Source: Octopus bimaculoides (lineage: Eukaryota). From it: a stretch of DNA of 64,000 nt. A program made the translations under genes and the position numbers. Shown in pieces: positions 53,087 through 64,000 of this stretch (its first letter is position 1; the number at the start of each line of letters is the position of its first letter). Under the pieces are notes generated by a model. The model was given only the letters and a program-made list of their open reading frames with translations, did not search any database and was not told the origin of the DNA. The DNA is taken from assembly GCF_001194135.2 (NCBI RefSeq), contig NC_068982.1, forward strand, positions 41,019,876 to 41,083,875. The letters are read 5' to 3'.

Positions 53087-53905
53087 CAGGGTGCATAACA
53101 TATCTGAGGACAGATTTATGTTCATAAAAAAACAGCTATATAATAACAGATAATAACTTTATCAAAAAATGCTGTGAGAATAAAAATGAACCTTCTTTTC
53201 TAGAATGTTATTCAATAAAGCCACGTTCAGCTTCAACAGCTGCTCCTATATGAGATCAAAGTTATCTACATGCTCAAATCAAGTGGTCCTGGTTCATTTT
53301 AGACATTACTCTATGGCAGCTTTCAAAGAATCTTTGGTGCTGTGGGTGTGTTCATTGACTTCTCTCTCAACAACGCTCCACATAGAATAGTCCAATGGAT
53401 TGAGATCAGGAGAATTAGGAGGCCAAATGTTAGGGGTTATGTGATCGTGAAAATTTTCAGCCATCCATTCTTGTGTTAATACAGCCATCTGTTATAGTGC
53501 AGAGTCTTACTGAAACACATATGGCCTTCCATTGCATACACTGTCTATCCAGAGCTTAACAATTATTTCCAGAACCTCAACGTAGGCAACAGAGTTAACT
53601 CTAAAGCCTTGTGGAAAGAAGTAAGGAGGCATCCCATGTCCTTCATTGCTGACAACTCCTAAAACCATGACAGTTACAGGATATTTTGTATGCATAGCAC
53701 TTGGAACTTCAGAAGGGTCTGCACATAACCATCTGCCATTTCTTCTGTTAATTTTTTGATATTGGTCAAAGTTTTAATCATTTGAGAAAAACCAAATCAA
53801 ATCTTCTGCTGCTAGATTTTTCAGTTTGTTTAAGAGCTTTTAGATCTAATGTAGTGATTTTCTTTCGCGTTTTATGACAAATTGACCTTTCCTTATCTGA
53901 ACGAA
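53087..53905 (-). mobile_element. Tc1/mariner DD37D (maT) transposon, 5'-truncated and decayed
   Basis: Minus translation LIWFFSND-NFDQYQKINRRNGRWLCADPSEVP, MHTKYPVTVMVLGVVSNEGHGMPP...RPYVFQ*DS and WPPNSPDLNPLDYSMW. One TIR, TA|CAGGGTG, at 53087. DD37D assigned from family resemblance of these motifs. Confidence 0.88.
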
Positions 53906-54697
53906 AATAAATAAACTGTGTCCAGGCTCAATAACAGGAGCCCAAGTTATTGGCTGCACTGATATGGTTTATGTGTGTGTTGGCAGAAATTAAATCCACT
54001 TACAAATGCACATTCACTTTACTAAATTTATGCTCAAGCAAAGCCCGAACAGCCCAGGTGTCAGTCGCCACTGATATATATATATAAAGGCATATAAATA
54101 TATATGCATTAATGTATCTAGATATATATTTATATTCACATATGCATACATACCCACAAAACAATTTCTTGAATTACAACAGCATTAATATTGATTTCTT
54201 TAATGGTTTTCTTCTGCATAATGTTGATTTCTTTTGAATTATATTCATAAGAATATTTCCTGACTTTGGCACAACATCACAGAATATAAGGGATGGGTTA
54301 GACAGCAAAATCAACTCTCACACATGACATGCCAACTGTTGTACCTATTATGATATTGGTTTGAAGTCAAAAAAGGCATTGAGTAAACCAGCTAATATGT
54401 GACTGGTCCTTTATTTATCACCTCCAGCAGTATGTAAGATGATGTCTGCTGACAGCAGGATTTAAAGTCAGACTGTAAAGTAATAATACTAATTACTTAT
54501 AGACGTATATTTTGTCTGGCCATTGGGAAATAATACATTTCCTTGAACAGGTTTTTCACTGATGAATGGAAACAAAAGATGCCACTTGTATGACATGGGA
54601 CTCATTTTTAAAACGATCTAGTCATGGTACACATACACACATGCATGTGTGAGTGTGTATTATATATATANNNNNNNNNNNNNNNNNNNNNNNNNNN

Positions 54698-54734
<37 letters not shown>

Positions 54735-56829
54735 GTGAGAGAGAGAGAGTGTGATGCAGGACCCCGAAGTTGGGATAGGCTAGAGTATGGAGTAGGAGCC
54801 AAATAATAGGCAGGAAACAGGTGTGGTATTCAAAGCTTTATAGGACATACACACATTTCATCAAAGTGCCAAAATAATTACATAACCAGTAGTTTTTTGC
54901 ACTCATGCATTTCACCTGTGTCCCTATATATATATATCTATCTATGTATATATTTTATATATTTATATATATATATGTCTTGGGTATGACTTTAAACTGC
55001 ATGTGATAGTGCACCCTAGTTCAGGAATTCCTGGGTTGTGAGGAGTGTGGAACTATGTTTTAGCCACTATTGTTTCCTGGTCTATTCTGTATACTCTGAC
55101 CTGGAGTAGTTACACCTATCAGTGTTCTAGCTTTTGGTTAATTAGCATATGAATAAAAACCACCATGAGTGAGGGATCTCCTAGCTGTTGTCACAACAGT
55201 CTTCTAGGAGACAGACATTCTGATGTAAAACTTGCAGTTTCACTTGGTTACTGGTCGGTCATCTCATTTTGGTTTGTTACTAAGTACTAATCACAGAGAC
55301 TCAGAGTGGTACTCATGTTGTGCAAGCATTTATCACTATAAGCCAATGACAGTATATGGTGGCCTCATTTGTCATTCCATATACTGAATGTCCTATGGCA
55401 ATGGAAGAGTGGTGACATGTGCAGACCTGACTCGTTGAAAGTATATAGTTATATAAAACAGCAGGACTGAATTTTCATCTTAGAGGTCATGGCTAGAAAA
55501 CCATAAATCCATTGAAAGTGAAAGAACACAAAAAGACAGCAGTCACCGTATGATACATACACATATGTCATCATCATTTAACATCCATTTTCTATGCTGG
55601 CATGGATTGGTAGATTTGACTGGAGCTAGTAAGGCCAGGGGCCACACCAGGCACCATTGTCTGTTCTGGCATAGTTTCTACTGATGGATGCCCATTGTAA
55701 TGCCAACCACTATATATAGTGTACTGGGTGCTTTTAACATGTCACCAGCACCAGTGACTTTTACATGGCACCAGTACTGATGTGATGTACAGATATTGTA
55801 TATATTTTTTTGATAAATCCATTAACGGAAGAAGGCGCTAAAAATGTAAAAAAATATATATATAGTCATCCAACATTCTGACTACCTTGTTATTCTCAAT
55901 ATATATTTATATATACACACATATGATAGGCTTCCACACAGTTTCCATCTACCATATTCACTCAGGGCTTTGATCTGCATGGGACTATTGGAGAGGACAC
56001 TTGCCCAAGGTGTTATGTAGTGGGACTGAACCCAAAACCACATGGTTGGTAAACAAACTTCCTAGTCACACAACCATACCTACATATAGGATGTTAAAAT
56101 ACCTTCAAGTTATTTTAATTATTTCTTTTGAGTGCTAAACCTTTATCTAATAGAAATACTTTCATGAAACTTTATTTTGGTTTCCTTTATTCTGACTAGA
56201 TTGTTACCCATTGCTATGCTGCTGGTAAAAATATCTGTTAATCATGCACATACTTTCATAAGCTGTTCAAAGTGCAAGTCTTTTTTTTTTTAATGTTTGC
56301 GTTGCATTGTCTATATATTGAAAGACTTATAAAATCACACGCGCACACACAAATAGTCACCACCACCCCAAAAAATAACTCTATGCATTATATATATACA
56401 TATAGTTTTTTTTAAAGTTTGTGTTGTGTTGTGTTTAGGATTTTGTGTCAATTATATTTAGCAGTCTTTTGATGTTGAGGCCAACTTTCATTTGAAAAAC
56501 AAAAACTTGAAAGCAATTGATCAGAAATGAAAATGTACATATTTATTTCCTTTTTAATAGAATGTAGGAGTTCATACCAAAACGCTGTTATATGATTTTG
56601 CAATGGTTATTTTCTAATATTTGAATTGATGTCTCTTTGCAGAACCTAGATTTTCTTGAGTTTTGTTTTTTTTTTACATAATTTATTAAATAAGCACCTT
56701 AAATTATACTGGCTACCTAATCAATGCAAAGTTTTAGTTGTTTTTGAGTGTCTCTTTCAGTTGCTTTAATTAGCAATTATAATTTCTCAATTAAAAAAGT
56801 TGCTCTACTACCCAAACAGTTCTCATTGA

Positions 56830-57190
56830 GTGAGTGTGTGTGTGTGTGTGTATAGATAAATATACATACACACACACATACACACACGCACACACACATA
56901 CACACACGCACACACACATATGTATACACACACATGTACATGTATGCAGATATTTATAGTTATATCTGTGCATGTATATATATACATATGTATGGATATA
57001 TGTTTATGTATGCATATATGTATATGTATAAATGTGTATAGATAGATAGATATAGATAGGTATAGATAGATATAGATATGTGTATATATGTGTGTATATA
57101 TATGCTTTATGTATGTGTATATATACATATGTGTATTTCTATGTATGCATATGATATGTATGTTTGTATGTATGTGTATATATATTTGTA
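56830..57190. repeat. Compound (CA)n/(TA)n/(GATATA)n microsatellite tract
   Basis: Direct reading. Comparable tracts at 4485-4910, 7820-8060, 8660-8860, 9440-9600, 10020-10500, 39410-39550 and 58880-59370; (GATA)n at ~62207-62235. Confidence 0.95.
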
Positions 57191-58633
57191 TCTTAATATA
57201 AATTTGAGTGCTGTTTCTCTGTCCGTTATGTTTTTATGTTCGTTAACTTCTAGACCGTTGGTGCTAGGACAACAAAACTTAATCCAACAACTCCCCTAAT
57301 GTCAGGGAATATCCTAAGGGGAGGGGTCTATTTTTTTAAGAGCCACCTAATTGGGGCCCCACTGACACCCCTACTTTTACTGCATTTTAAACAAAATGCA
57401 TGGCATTGGCAACCAAATTGGAGCAATGAGAATGAATTTCATACCATGAACTCCCAGGGATTATTGTAAGGAGATTCAATTTCTGAAGGGCCAATTAAAT
57501 GGTGCTCCACTTCCCCCCCCCCCCACACACACACACTCCTATTTTTACTCCTCAGGAGCTAGCCTGAAGGGCAGCTTCAAGGCTAAAAACTTAGCTGTAA
57601 GTCAAACTAGAAACTAGCTGTATGTCTATCAGTAAAGCTGGCCGAAAGTGGTCCAAGGGTTGATACACCAACACACTGTCACAGAGATGGAATTCATGTT
57701 ACGTGTTGAATGAACAAGTTAATGGGACATGGGTTTTAGGTATGGGTGTGCATGAAATATAGGTGTTGAATGTATGGGTCTGTGAATATATGTTGGGTAG
57801 GGAGTTTGGAATGGGGTATTGGATAATTAATACCAGGAGATACATATACAATGAATGTGTCCAAGTCCATTACATTACACTAGGGTAGAGGGCCACAAAG
57901 GTGCCAAAAGTGCCCACGGCAGAAGTTAACATGAATGCCACCCAAAGGGCAGCTTCAAGGCTAGTGTGATATAAATATATGTATGTGTATATATATGTAT
58001 ATATTTGTATAAAGAAGCACATTTTAAAACTCTAGAGCAGTAATACTTAAAAGGTGGTTGGTTATGGCCAGTTAGAGAGTGAACATCAGCTTTGCACTTA
58101 TAAAGTTTTTAGTGGTATAGATGACTCAGGATACTTGTTGGCCAGGAGCATATAGCTTCACTGCAAATGGAGGTAGGAAATTTCTTAGTCTAGAGTTTTA
58201 AGCAAAATATCCTAAAACAAAATTCTACTGTTGGACAGTACTTCTGAGCATGACAGAGTTATATCCCTGAAATTGGTTCCAGTTGTGTCTGAAAAGGGTT
58301 AGCTAGTCGGTAAGCAGGGAATTCCATGTTTCCATCACAAATTTCCTGTGATGAGGACAGCAACTAAAATTTTCCTTTTTTTTTTTGAGTTTAAGAAGGT
58401 CCCCAGGTCAGGTGAGATCTTTGCTTGTCCCTGTTGTACTTGTATGTATGTGTGCGTATATATGGGTGTGTGTATGTATGTATGTGTATATATATATATA
58501 GGTGTGTGTGTCCATTTAAGTTAGTTTGGGCAAAAGCCTCATAATGTGCTTTTGAAAGCTTCTATTCTTCTTTTCAGAAACCACATGTTAATTCTATCCT
58601 CCAGGATGTGGAACTCCTTTCATCTTTGGATAA

Positions 58634-58882
58634 ATATAATAATAACACAAGGATGGAAATTTATAGCAACATGTTTCTCTGATTACTCTCAATATTTATG
58701 TATTTGAATATTTTCTTTGCTGCAACTAAGTCTTCAAATACATAAATATTGCAAGAAATCTTAAGTAATATTATATGTACACGAAAAATTGCAACCTAAT
58801 GAAGGTGTACAGTGTAGAAATATATGTTGCAGTGCATTAATAAATCCTATGAATTTCCATCCTTGTGTTAATATTATTATAT
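58634..58882. repeat. Foldback element
   Basis: aataacacaaggatggaaatttatag / ctatgaatttccatccttgtgttaat outer arms; inner 19-bp perfect IR at 58690-58708 / 58733-58751. Confidence 0.8.
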
Positions 58883-60737
58883 ACATGTATGTATATGTGT
58901 GCGTATGTGTATATATATATATTTATGTGTGTGTGTGTATGTATATGTGCGTATGTGTATATATGTGTGTGTATATATATATGTGTGTGTTTGTATGCAT
59001 GTATGTGTATATATATATATATATGTGTATATATGTGTGTGTACATGTATGTGTGTATATCTATGTATATATATGTGTGTGTGTACATGTATGTGTGTAT
59101 ATCTGTATGTATATGTGTGTGTCTATGTATGTATATATCTATGTATGTTTGTGTGTGTATGTATATGTGTGTATACGTATGTATATATATGTGTGTGTAA
59201 ATATGTGTGTGTTTATGTATGTATGCATGTTTATATGTGTGTGTATATATACATATGTTCTTTTTTGTGTGTATGTGTATGGATATCTATATAGGTAGAT
59301 AAATATGTACATATTTACATCTATATATGTGCATACATGTAAATCTGTATACACACATATATATATATATATTATGTAAGTCCTTGTCAGTATTTTGCTT
59401 TTCCCCTATTGTTGTGTTGTTGTGGGTTAGATGGGGTTTTTTTTACAGTTCTGCCTACACCATGCTGGCTCTCTCAACCTTTACTGGTGGTTTTTCCAGT
59501 TGCAGCAAGTTTTTTTGCTGGGATTTCAACGTTTGAATTCTCTTCATATTATTAACTTGTGTGATAATGTGGGCCACGTGTGCTTATCATGACATAAAAT
59601 GAGAAAAAGTTTTCTCACGCTTGAGGTGAGGGTGAAGGGGTCGCTGCTGATGGTGGTGGTGGGGATCTCCACCCTATATAAACATAAAGTCTCCATAATT
59701 AAAACAAGGTGAAACAGATTAGAAGGTTTATCAAAACCCTCAGCACCAGTAAAGATCTTTACTCAGGCTCTCTGGCACTTACTGGCTTATATTAGCTTCA
59801 ACGTCCATGGAAACGGAAAAAAAAAAAAAAAGATATAGATGAAACAGGCAATATAGAATAAATCACAGCCAGGTTTCTTCTCCGTCCCTATATCAATTTT
59901 TTTCTCGGTGAGCTAACTTTTGATATTTCATCATTTCAAGTTCTGTCTGTGAGCAGAAAAAAAACAAAAAAAAGCAAAACAAAAAAAAGACCCTAGTTGG
60001 GTATTTTTCAGCTTTGGAATAGTCAAAACTATGCATGCTCTCGCTTACTCTCATTTTATGAAACAGCTTTGTTTTTATTATTTTGGGGTTTTTTTTTTTT
60101 TGCTTTATTTATGGGTTTTCTTGTTTATTAAGCTTTCAGTTTTATTCCTTAATATTTATTTTTGCACCTAAATGTTTGTTTATTCACCAGAAATTTGCTA
60201 CCTATTTCATTCCTACCTTATATCTAACTTTATAGAAACATTTCTATGTGCTTCCCAGTTTTAGAATAGATAACATTGTGTCCCTGTATTTCATGTTGTA
60301 AAGTGCAATTAAAAAGGTTGGCAACAGGAAAGGCATCCCGCAACGAAATACTATCACAGAAAAATCAACCAACCCATGCCAGCATGGTAAAATGGGTTTA
60401 AAATATGGATGATGATCTTGTTTTGTAAAAGCATGTTTTCACAACTGACAAATGCTGGAAAATAAATACAAAATAGCTTGATATGCAAATATATAGTTAG
60501 GCATTTATAAATACATACACATATACACACATCACAGCATCAATGTTTTTAACACTGTATGTACATATTGATATACAGATGGTGATTATATTACACACAC
60601 ACACACATACATTGTTTTTCAGTGGTGTGTATACATTTAGTATGATTCACAGATAGCGATTCACACATACATGCATTTATATCTTCAAGTAATATACTCT
60701 TATTCAAAATCTCGCCCCAGTTTACTAGTATCATTAA

Positions 60738-60874
60738 CCCTTTGAGCCCCGACCTCCTGAACCTTATTTGACCATATACCAGGCACTCCACCAGTACTCT
60801 ACCAGTAGAGTAGCGCTACTGTATAGAGAAAAATAAGTCATCCACTGGTAAACCAGTGTTATGGGCTCAAAGGG
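60738..60874. mobile_element. 137-bp piggyBac-type MITE (family C) with perfect 12-bp TIR
   Basis: TTAA|CCCTTTGAGCCC ... GGGCTCAAAGGG|TTAA. Confidence 0.85.
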
Positions 60875-61214
60875 TTAAGCAGTGAAGCTGATCGCAAGTC
60901 TGAACCTCACAAAAGAGATGACTGGGGATTCCGTTGTAAGGTAATGTGGCTGGAGAAGACCCATCCAGTCCTTGCCCATGGGAAAACAACAGACAATGAT
61001 GATGATTAAGTATCCAATTTATTTGTAGGGTAAAACAGTGAGATGGTAAGGGGGTTTTGTTGTTGTTATTTTTTTTTTTTTTTTTTTTTTTNNNNNNNNN
61101 NTTTTTTTTTTTTTTTTTTTTTTTTTACAAGTTTAGTAAATGAATTGGAATGGTTAGAAATAGAAAGTCCCATTATCAGGCTTCAGTCTAGAGATTTACA
61201 CCTCTCCTCTGTTT

Positions 61215-61426
61215 TACTTTAGTATTTCAACTGTTCATATCAGATTCTACTTCTTTTATGTTCAAACCAGTCAGATCTGACCTCTCAGACCTACCCTCCA
61301 ATGTCATTCTAAAAAAAATAAACAATCAAATCGTTGAAAACTCAAGCTTATGAGATAATGCATGATTAATCAAAACAATGTTAATAAATAAGCATTACGT
61401 TTGACTGTAACCTGTGTGTTAAGGAG
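61215..61426. mobile_element. piggyBac-type MITE (family A), degenerate
   Basis: Family core ttttatgttcaaaccagtcagatctg...aataaataagcattac, ending aaggag|TTAA. Confidence 0.65.
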
Positions 61427-61766
61427 TTAAACTCCCAAAGTTTTTGTTACATTTTTCACATGAAACTTCTTTGAATATGATTTAAGTCATATTTTAAAAT
61501 ATTAAATGTGACAATAATCAAATTGTACCTGATACCACAAGGGGCAGTGAAATAATCTATTATATGAGAGACAAGTCAGTTAACTGTTTGTTTTTATTCT
61601 GTATTTTGTTTTTCCTTGCAAAATACATCTTACTTTATAAAGAAATTATTCATGTGTAATTGTAAGTTTATTTCATATGAAAACTATTAGATGCTGTCTA
61701 CAATGATTTATACAATACAGTCCACCAACTTAAGAAATAGAGCATAACTGACTAAAAGTGTATGTG

Positions 61767-61797
<31 letters not shown>

Positions 61798-62205
61798 AAT
61801 ATATATATACTTGGCATATGAATTATACAAGCAGATGTTTCTCTTGTCTGGTTTGCTGATCCTGGAAAAATATTCATAGCTACCTAAGTTATTTCTTTAC
61901 AAAAGCAACAAGTTTATTTCCGAAATTGAAGTGTGATTCAGTAAAATGATTTTAAGTGCAGTTGTTATAGCACCTGTTAGAATAGTTGAATAGTTTTAAG
62001 CACACTTTAGCTTTAGTCTTTGACTGATTGAAGTAAGAATTTAGTGAATTATCTAAATTGCAGCTAAAGACTATTATTACGTGTTCACCTCAACATGACA
62101 TTCTCTTCCTTGCTAGTTGGCAATTTCATTTTGTTTTTTATTTTTTATCAATTAATTAATTCCATATTATTTAATCCATATTTCCTCATTGCTGGAGCAG
62201 CTACT

Positions 62206-62236
<31 letters not shown>

Positions 62237-64000
62237 TGTGTGTGTGTTGTTTAGATCTAGTAACGTAATATAATTAATGCATTTTACTTTTATTTGTGTT
62301 GCAAATTTTAATTGAACTTAAAATTGCTCCTTTGTGCAACCTCTTTTATTATTATTATTTTTTTTTTTTTNNNNNNNNNNTTTTTTTTTTTTTGTATTTT
62401 TACTTCATTTTCTCTCCAATTAACCCAATCAAGTCTATGTCTGTAATTGCATTTACAATATTAGTCTTTCACTCTTTAACTGCAAAATTAAATATCATGG
62501 TTACTCCAGTAATGAGTAATGATGTTAAATATCTACCAAAAAAAATTAGAACTGGTGCTTTCTGGAAGTCACATTGCTTCAATAAACTTGACAAAAAATA
62601 GTTTCAATATTGACATTCCTCGACAAAAACAGACTGGTATATAAAATTACTTTCAGCAGTAAAAGTATTAATACCATTTTTTTTTAATAATTTTATTTTT
62701 GAGATGTGTTTTTCTCATTTAAGAAATTCTTATTTGAATAAAGTTCTGTCATATAAAGTGAAAGAAAATATTATAGCAATGTTGAAGTTTATTATTATAT
62801 CTTCAGACCATTTCCAAGTGGCAAAATGAATGAACAGTATATCCATAGTTCACTATAAGTGGCAAATCTATTGATACAGGGCTTTTCAGGAATATAAACT
62901 CGTCAACTACTCCATAGAGATATCATGAGCTGCCATTCATCTTTTTTAGTTATCAGCTATGCCTTTCACTTATTTGTTTACTTCATACAATTACTGTTTT
63001 AAAATAGCAAAATATCATTACTATTCACAAATGAACATGATTCAATCTTTACACCAACTTTTTTTTTTTCACCCGGTTTGATCTCATTTCAATCAACTTC
63101 ATATACAATTTACCAACACGAGTAAGACTAGCTTTCATTTCCCATCAGTTAAAGCATCTGTTTCCTCTTCCGTCTAGATGTATAAGTAATCATTGTCATT
63201 GACCTAACCATTAAATACAAAAGACTTGATGTTGACGAGCCTATTTTGTTTTGCTTCAATGTTATTTTCCTCAAAAACCAGCTATGGTAGAAGTAATTGG
63301 CATGCATTATAGTGGCAGTATATTGCTGTAAGTTTATATATTTATATCTATCCATGCACACATACACACACACACACACACTTTTTGCATGTTTTTGTTG
63401 TTGTTTTTCTTTAATTTAAATTTAATTTCCAAGAGACATTGAAGAATAATATTTCAATAAAAAAAACTTGGAAACTTTTTTTTTGTTTTTGTATCTATAG
63501 CTGAGTTAATTCAACTACTCCTGCTGTCTTTCATTATCATTTACAAATTGCTCATTATAATTATAATACTACAATTATATATTATGATTTCAATAGGGAA
63601 ATCTGATCCTAATTTGGCTATGTGATTATCACTTTGAAGAGAATATCTTTTTAATATTGTATTAATTAATTTACCCACTTTTTGGATAAACAGAAGTTGA
63701 CCAATTATCTCTAATAAATACAATTTTCGATGAAATAATTCAAAGATGTTTATAACATAGCATGCTCAAGCCATCCCACACACACACAAACACACACACA
63801 CTCTCTCTCTCTCTCTCCATCTTATTAGTCTACTGATAGTTAAGTAATATTTAGTCATAGGTAAATGAATATCAGGTATTGAATTTATTTCAAAACAAAT
63901 AATCCCAAAGCAATATTTCTCTCCCCTCCCCCCCTCTCTCTCTATCTATCTATCTGCATACATACACTAACACACATATACGTACACAAAAGGCTTCCGC

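Noticed and set aside
58578-58720. Candidate next exon after ttttcag| reading NHMLILSS...GWKFIA, in the right phase and resembling the TBC1D14 GWKLFG motif
   Set aside because: The GWKF codons lie in the terminal arm of a foldback element (58634-58882), the frame hits a stop with no good donor, and the rest has no similarity.
56791-59354. Cys/Val/Tyr-rich ORFs (CVYICV...)
   Set aside because: Translations of dinucleotide microsatellites, open in several frames on both strands.

Overview
AT-rich, microsatellite- and transposon-dense eukaryotic scaffold with 9 N-gaps. The repeat landscape (tRNA-headed SINEs, RTE 3' ends with (GAT)n tails, long (TA)n/(CA)n tracts) resembles a coleoid cephalopod (Octopus) genome; this is recognition from memory, not a database result. 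One convincing host coding exon is present: 37620-39394 (+), about 591 low-complexity S/T-rich codons ending at a CAG|GTAAGA donor, tentatively the N-terminus of a TBC1D12/14-like Rab-GAP. No downstream exon was found in the window. The rest is mobile DNA: a decayed autonomous Helitron (Rep HUH + Pif1 helicase, minus strand, ~29.6-33.2 kb) abutting a complete non-autonomous Helitron, a separate Helitron 5' end plus N-terminus at 13.6-14.9 kb, RTE LINE fragments, a CRE-clade (restriction-like endonuclease) fragment, a DD37D/maT transposase, a gag-knuckle-only (HAL1-like) retroposon, piggyBac- and hAT-type MITEs, many foldback elements and SINEs. A SINE at 11.4-11.9 kb is split by a patchwork insertion copied from two nearby templates. 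Most ORFs in the supplied track are microsatellite or gap artefacts.
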